Virus record (IMG/VR): IMGVR_UViG_3300002220_000005
Location: 44,242 to 64,241 of that record
Direction: 5' to 3' (one strand)
DNA: 20,000 nt
DNA from: an uncultured virus (IMG/VR IMGVR_UViG_3300002220_000005)
Lineage: Duplodnaviria; Heunggongvirae; Uroviricota; Caudoviricetes
In this document: in pieces, positions 16,276 through 20,000 of the stretch
Numbering within the stretch: the first letter of the stretch is position 1
Layout: each line of letters opens with the position of its first letter
Translations under genes and position numbers: made by a program
Notes under the pieces: model-generated
What the model saw: only the letters and a program-made list of their open reading frames with translations
What the model was told of the DNA's origin: nothing
The model's database searches: none

Positions 16276-16461
16276 TTATGAACTTAGGAAGTTGTCGCAG
16301 ACGCCTTCAGAATTGATGCTGATCTTGTCGTCACCGGATACGCGATGAACGATGTCACACTTGCCTTTGCCTTTGTTGTGGTTGCATTTTGTAGCCCGAC
16401 AGTAAACTATTTCTACTCTTACTTCTTCTTCCCCGAACTCCTTCCTTGATCTTCCCACCAT
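16276..16461 (-). CDS. small Cys-rich protein (DUF1540-like)
   Basis: CRATKCNHN...C...ISI...C..F pattern. Confidence 0.6.
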   Translation of the reverse strand: MVGRSRKEFGEEEVRVEIVYCRATKCNHNKGKGKCDIVHRVSGDDKISINSEGVCDNFLSS

Positions 16462-16470
16462 GCCACCCCT

Positions 16471-16656
16471 TTATCTTCTTTTTTTGAACTCGATGAACTT
16501 CCCCACTTCCTCTTCGGGAATCTTCCACAAAGAATCGATCTTGAGAGCTTCCAAGCCACCCTGCTTAGAACCCCTCATGCACAGTTCCCTGACCTTCTTC
16601 TCCGTGACCGCCAGAATCTTAGCGACCTGACGCACCGTTAACAGTTGTTCCGGCAT
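16471..16656 (-). CDS. excisionase-like helix-turn-helix protein (HTH_17), 61 aa
   Basis: LLTVRQVAKILAV...LEALKIDSLWKIP; start MPEQ after AGGAGGTGA; divergent from the repressor and integrase. Confidence 0.88.
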   Translation of the reverse strand: MPEQLLTVRQVAKILAVTEKKVRELCMRGSKQGGLEALKIDSLWKIPEEEVGKFIEFKKRR

Positions 16657-16720
16657 CTCTATATCACCTCCTTTTTGTTTGTTCTGGTTAGAATGCGGTT
16701 TGCAAGAATAAGCATGATAC

Positions 16721-16749
16721 ATAATATTATACAGAACCATGCTTGTCAA
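16721..16749 (-). promoter_or_regulatory. leftward sigma70 promoter for the xis/recombination operon
   Basis: TTGACA-17 nt-TATTAT on the minus strand. Confidence 0.75.
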
Positions 16750-16775
16750 TAAAAAAACACACTTAGAAACAAATA

Positions 16776-16810
16776 AACATACATTATGTATATCCAACAT
16801 CATTTATGTT
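16776..16810. promoter_or_regulatory. two candidate operators
   Basis: AACAT-N5-ATGTA (16776-16790) and AACAT-N5-ATGTT (16796-16810), 20-bp period, between the divergent promoters. Confidence 0.45.
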
Positions 16811-16831
16811 CATCTAAATACAATTTTATGC

Positions 16832-16859
16832 TTGACAATAATTTTAGGACAGGTATAAT
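16832..16859 (+). promoter_or_regulatory. rightward sigma70 promoter for repressor/integrase
   Basis: TTGACA-16 nt-TATAAT. Confidence 0.8.
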
Positions 16860-16917
16860 GTATCTTTAAGCAGAGACAACATTGTGACACACACAAAAAA
16901 TGAAAAGGGGAAAGGGC

Positions 16918-17287
16918 ATGAAAAAAAACAAGAAGGAAAAAAATCTATTGTATACCCGAATGTTGGCACTTGGCTACGACGATGTGACCGATCGCGTTCG
17001 AGACTTGCAGACGGGCAATCTACGAGAACCTTCAAAACATCCGGCACGACTACATAGTGACACTGATGCAACATCTTGATTTTACTGTACCGGAAATCAA
17101 GGATGAACTTATCAGGCGGGGCGACAAGTGCTTGCACAAGCTCATCAGTGACAGCGAGAAGGGTACTCCGTTGAACGATCAGGAAACCATTATTATAAAG
17201 GGACTCAGGGAACGCCCCGAAATAGTGCCAGCAATACTCACCATACTTGGGCGCGACGTTAAGGGCAAGGCAACAAAGAAGGGGTAA
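16918..17287 (+). pseudogene. frameshifted XRE-type HTH repressor
   Basis: The frame from ATG 16918 gives LYTRMLALGYDDVTD. The +1 frame from 16991 gives IAFETCRRAIYENLQNIRHDYIVTLMQHLDFTVPEI up to 17287. Together they read as an XRE HTH lacking most of helix 2. Confidence 0.65.
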
Positions 17288-17295
17288 TCAGTCAT

Positions 17296-18447
17296 ATGGT
17301 CTATCGCATAGCCTACTGTAAAGCCTGTAACTACCGGCGAGAAGATACCAAACCCAAGAAGGACGTTGGGAAGTGTCCCAAGTGCGGTAATCCTCTCGTC
17401 TACCTAGCCAACTGGTATATCCGGTATCAGCATCGCGGCAAGCAGTACAGACAATCAGGCGGCCCAACGAAGGCACTGGCTGAAATGCTCCTTGCTCAGA
17501 AGAAGAAGGACATATACGAGAAGAAACTTGGCATCCAGAAGGAGCCGTCAACGCCTTGGCTGGAAGCGAAGAAAGACTTTCTGGATTGGTCTAGCACCAA
17601 CAAAGCTACCGGCACTCATAAAATGTATACGTCATGTCTTTCTACCGTTGAAAAGGTATGGCCGGAAATCAAGAGACTGCACCTTGACGAAATCGAATCC
17701 AGCGATATCGAAAGCTACAAGAACAAACGAATTGCTACGAAGGATGAAAAAGGGAAGGGACTCGAAGCATCGACAATCAATCGGGAAGTGACTTCCATCA
17801 AGAGGGTTTTGAGTTGGGCAACCGAACAAAACCCTCCACTCCTTCTTCAGATAAATAATAAGATAATGAACGTCAAACTCTTCAAGGAGAACCCTGGTCG
17901 CATCAGGTTCCTAACCGACGAAGAGATACCGAGGCTGATGGAGCAGTGCAAGACACCTCACTTGAAAATGGCAGTGACTCTCGCACTCGAAACCGGACTC
18001 AGGATAGATGGTTGCCTCACCCTCTTGTGGTCTGAAATAAAAGACGGTATAATCGTCAAGAAGGTCAAAGGTGGCACAGTTGTCAGGGTTCCCGTAACAA
18101 ACACGCTGAGAGAAGCCCTAGACGATTTCAGGAGGGATTCAAGAGTGATGTCCAAGTACGTTATCCCATCTCCGGTCAATCCATCGAAGCACATGGGAAC
18201 GGATGCGGACTTTGGGTTTAATACCGCCTGTAAAAATGCGGAGATTGCAGACTTCAGGTTCCATGATCTGCGGCACACCTTCGCTACCTTGTTCTTAGTA
18301 CGGGGTGGAGATATCCGAGTGCTTCAGGAGATTCTAGGACATTCAAGTATCGTGATGACCCAAAAATACACTCACGTTGTTGACAGCTATAAGCAGAAGC
18401 AGATGAAAAACTTCGATGAGAACAGGGGGAATGGCAATGGAGTATAA
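17296..18447 (+). CDS. int: tyrosine recombinase/integrase with N-terminal zinc ribbon
   Basis: Catalytic TGLR, FHDLRH, LGHSS and TQKY motifs; N-terminal CKAC...CPKC. Confidence 0.97.
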   Translation: MVYRIAYCKACNYRREDTKPKKDVGKCPKCGNPLVYLANWYIRYQHRGKQYRQSGGPTKALAEMLLAQKKKDIYEKKLGIQKEPSTPWLEAKKDFLDWSSTNKATGTHKMYTSCLSTVEKVWPEIKRLHLDEIESSDIESYKNKRIATKDEKGKGLEASTINREVTSIKRVLSWATEQNPPLLLQINNKIMNVKLFKENPGRIRFLTDEEIPRLMEQCKTPHLKMAVTLALETGLRIDGCLTLLWSEIKDGIIVKKVKGGTVVRVPVTNTLREALDDFRRDSRVMSKYVIPSPVNPSKHMGTDADFGFNTACKNAEIADFRFHDLRHTFATLFLVRGGDIRVLQEILGHSSIVMTQKYTHVVDSYKQKQMKNFDENRGNGNGV

Positions 18448-18670
18448 CGAGGTACTTCTTAATCACTTGATAAAACTTCGATTGGCGTATTGTATGCCTA
18501 TGGGAACGATATACGAAGATGGCCGCACGGAAACATCCTATCGTTGGGTGTCCGAAGAAGCCAAAGAACTGTATGATAAATTACTCCAACTCAGAGCCGA
18601 CAGGCTGAAACAAATGGTTGATAATACGGCCTTGTGCATTGGGCAAGTCATAATGCCGAGGAAACGGTAA
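18437..18670 (+). CDS. hypothetical protein
   Basis: Start MEYNE after AGGGGG; overlaps the int stop. Confidence 0.65.
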   Translation: MEYNEVLLNHLIKLRLAYCMPMGTIYEDGRTETSYRWVSEEAKELYDKLLQLRADRLKQMVDNTALCIGQVIMPRKR

Positions 18671-18993
18671 TGCCGGAGTATAACGTCATGGAAAAGAATA
18701 AAAAGGTAGGTCTGGCAGTAAACATCATTGTGACAATCATTCTATTGGCTGTCAGTGCCTACCTTGTTTCTCACTTCTACGATAAGGGCAAGGAGGAAGG
18801 ATTCAAAAAGGGACGCATAGCAGGATGGAATACGGGCTATAGGGAAGGGCAAGAATCAATGATGGAAGTCATAAAGGAAGTCCAGACCAAGAACAGGTTC
18901 AGCGGTTTCGATCAGGGTGACATTGACCGGAAGCTGACCGATATTGAGATGAAGCTGGACGATGCAGAATGGCAAAGGAAGTTTGGAAACTAA
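18670..18993 (+). CDS. membrane-anchored protein with GxxxG repeats
   Basis: One TM helix (VGLAVNIIVTIILLAVSAYLV) followed by GKEEGFKKGRIAGWNTGYREG. The start may alternatively be 18688. Confidence 0.7.
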   Translation: MPEYNVMEKNKKVGLAVNIIVTIILLAVSAYLVSHFYDKGKEEGFKKGRIAGWNTGYREGQESMMEVIKEVQTKNRFSGFDQGDIDRKLTDIEMKLDDAEWQRKFGN

Positions 18994-19034
18994 TGACCCT
19001 ACATAAACCCATGAGTATACCATCCAATTGCTCA

Positions 19035-19342
19035 CTTGTGACCGTTCTTGTGACGACTTTAGAAAACCACCAAAGCGTGTGTTTGGACATGAACCGCGTA
19101 GTATGCTGTAAGTGCCTGTTTTTATTTTTCTCTAGCAAATACACTCAGTTGTGTAGTATACTAACACTGAGAGTTAATGCTATCAATGGTTTACGGGATA
19201 AAGGAATGAAATCAACAAGTTACAAGACAAAAAAAGGCATAAGCCGTATGACTCTTAATCATCTGGTCAAAGGTTCAAATCCTTTACGGCCCATTGATTC
19301 TACAACGATTGAAGATTTTACTTTAGACCGTTCTTTAGACCG
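19035..19342 (+). mobile_element. attP site: arm-type repeats, IHF sites and tRNA-derived core
   Basis: CTTGTGACCG-TT-CTTGTGACGA (19035-19056) and CTTTAGACCG-TT-CTTTAGACCG (19321-19342) flank the core. IHF consensus at 19181-19193 and 19210-19222. Confidence 0.85.
19248..19293 (+). other. att core: 3' half of tRNA-Lys(CTT)
   Basis: Anticodon arm ATGA-CTCTTAA-TCAT, variable loop TGGTC, T-arm AAAGG-TTCAAAT-CCTTT, acceptor 3' strand ACGGCCC-A; no D-arm. Confidence 0.9.
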
Positions 19343-19455
19343 CCAAGAAAATCACTCAGAAGCAAATCCAAAAGCATACAAAGACTATCGGGATAGTATG
19401 GATAAACCGGCAGGGGTGGCAAGTCCTGCCCCCTGCCAACCAAAAGGAGGGAAAA

Positions 19456-19644
19456 GTGAAGATAGAGATAGGCATTATCAATGGTGTTGGTGGCAAGGCT
19501 CTCATCATTAATGGAACAAGGGTAGCCGGGCCTAAACCGTTGGGTGGCGGCAGGATAACAGAAACGTTTTGGGTTGAAGAAAATGCCATTCTTGAAGCTA
19601 TTGGACACAAACTCCCTGACGCGAAGGAGACCGATCATGACTGA
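19456..19644 (+). CDS. hypothetical protein
   Basis: ORF track; GTG after AAGGAGG. Confidence 0.75.
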   Translation: MKIEIGIINGVGGKALIINGTRVAGPKPLGGGRITETFWVEENAILEAIGHKLPDAKETDHD

Positions 19645-19831
19645 ACAGGAAGCGAGAAAGAAGTGGTGTCCAATGTGCGGGCGAGGAATAAATGTAGACG
19701 GTAGTTGGATGTTTCGCTGTATCGCCTCCGACTGCATGCGCTGGCCTGAATGCCTATCGTGGTGGATTGAACATGAGAAGGGCGATGAACCGATGAAGGT
19801 TACATTGGTGGAGGCTAAAGATGAAGTATAA
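19637..19831 (+). CDS. Cys-rich conserved phage protein
   Basis: MTEQEARKKWCP...CIASDCM motif; AAGGAG RBS. Confidence 0.7.
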   Translation: MTEQEARKKWCPMCGRGINVDGSWMFRCIASDCMRWPECLSWWIEHEKGDEPMKVTLVEAKDEV

Positions 19832-19985
19832 GACAGCCCAATGTTGCAACTCTGACTGTGGATGGTCAGGCGAAATATCGGACACCCTACGATGGAAACA
19901 CGATACGGGTGATAGATTTTGTCCGCTATGCCACGAGGTCGTGGAAATAGAGGAAGTTGATACGGAGGCCGATCATGAAGGATGA
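19821..19985 (+). CDS. small zinc-ribbon protein, 54 aa
   Basis: Manually translated MKYKTAQCCNSDCGWSG...FCPLCHE; GGAGG RBS. Confidence 0.7.
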   Translation: MKYKTAQCCNSDCGWSGEISDTLRWKHDTGDRFCPLCHEVVEIEEVDTEADHEG

Positions 19986-20000
19986 ACTAAGAGACAACCT

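Noticed and set aside
16657..16803. Long N-terminal extension of the excisionase ORF
   Set aside because: It overlaps the promoter; the strong RBS supports the start at 16656.
16918..16945. Poly-A phase variation as the cause of the repressor frameshift
   Set aside because: The downstream frame has a stop at 16985-16987, so a shift in these runs cannot restore the gene.
19220..19296. Complete tRNA-Lys gene
   Set aside because: No D-arm or full 5' acceptor strand; better explained as an att core.
19384..19437. Palindrome ACTATC-GG-GATAGT and GGCAGGG/CCCTGCC hairpin as a terminator
   Set aside because: No U-tract and no clear -35 element; function cannot be supported.
18969..19511. 180-aa ORF across attP
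   Set aside because: Spans the arm sites and tRNA core, with no motif; likely spurious.
1..20000. CRISPR array, diversity-generating retroelement, insertion sequence
   Set aside because: I saw no repeat-spacer periodicity, reverse transcriptase, TR/VR pair or transposase.

Overview
A 20-kb segment of a temperate tailed-phage genome, apparently in the non-integrated (attP-intact) state. No virion structural, terminase or holin genes were recognised. Layout: (1) 1-536, the start of a leftward operon led by a ribbon-helix-helix (RHH) gene. (2) ~540-1590, a ~1-kb non-coding divergent region with nested inverted repeats, an IHF-consensus site and tandem repeats. (3) 1595-7740, a rightward array of ~25 small ORFs behind near-consensus sigma70 promoters, resembling an early/host-takeover region and including a lytic transglycosylase. 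(4) 7761-16656, a leftward recombination/DNA-metabolism operon (excisionase-like HTH, YqaJ exonuclease, RecT, HD hydrolase, SSB, metallopeptidase, SMC-like ATPase, RuvC-like resolvase). (5) 16721-19342, divergent promoters, an apparently frameshifted XRE-type repressor, a tyrosine integrase with an N-terminal zinc ribbon, and an attP (3' half of tRNA-Lys-CTT, arm-type repeats, IHF sites). (6) Further small ORFs. The most striking observations are a second, inverted copy of the attP arm-type tandem repeat plus IHF site 18 kb from attP, the broken repressor, a DRR-repeat microprotein and two candidate structured RNAs. All family calls come from motif recognition by eye; no searches were run.
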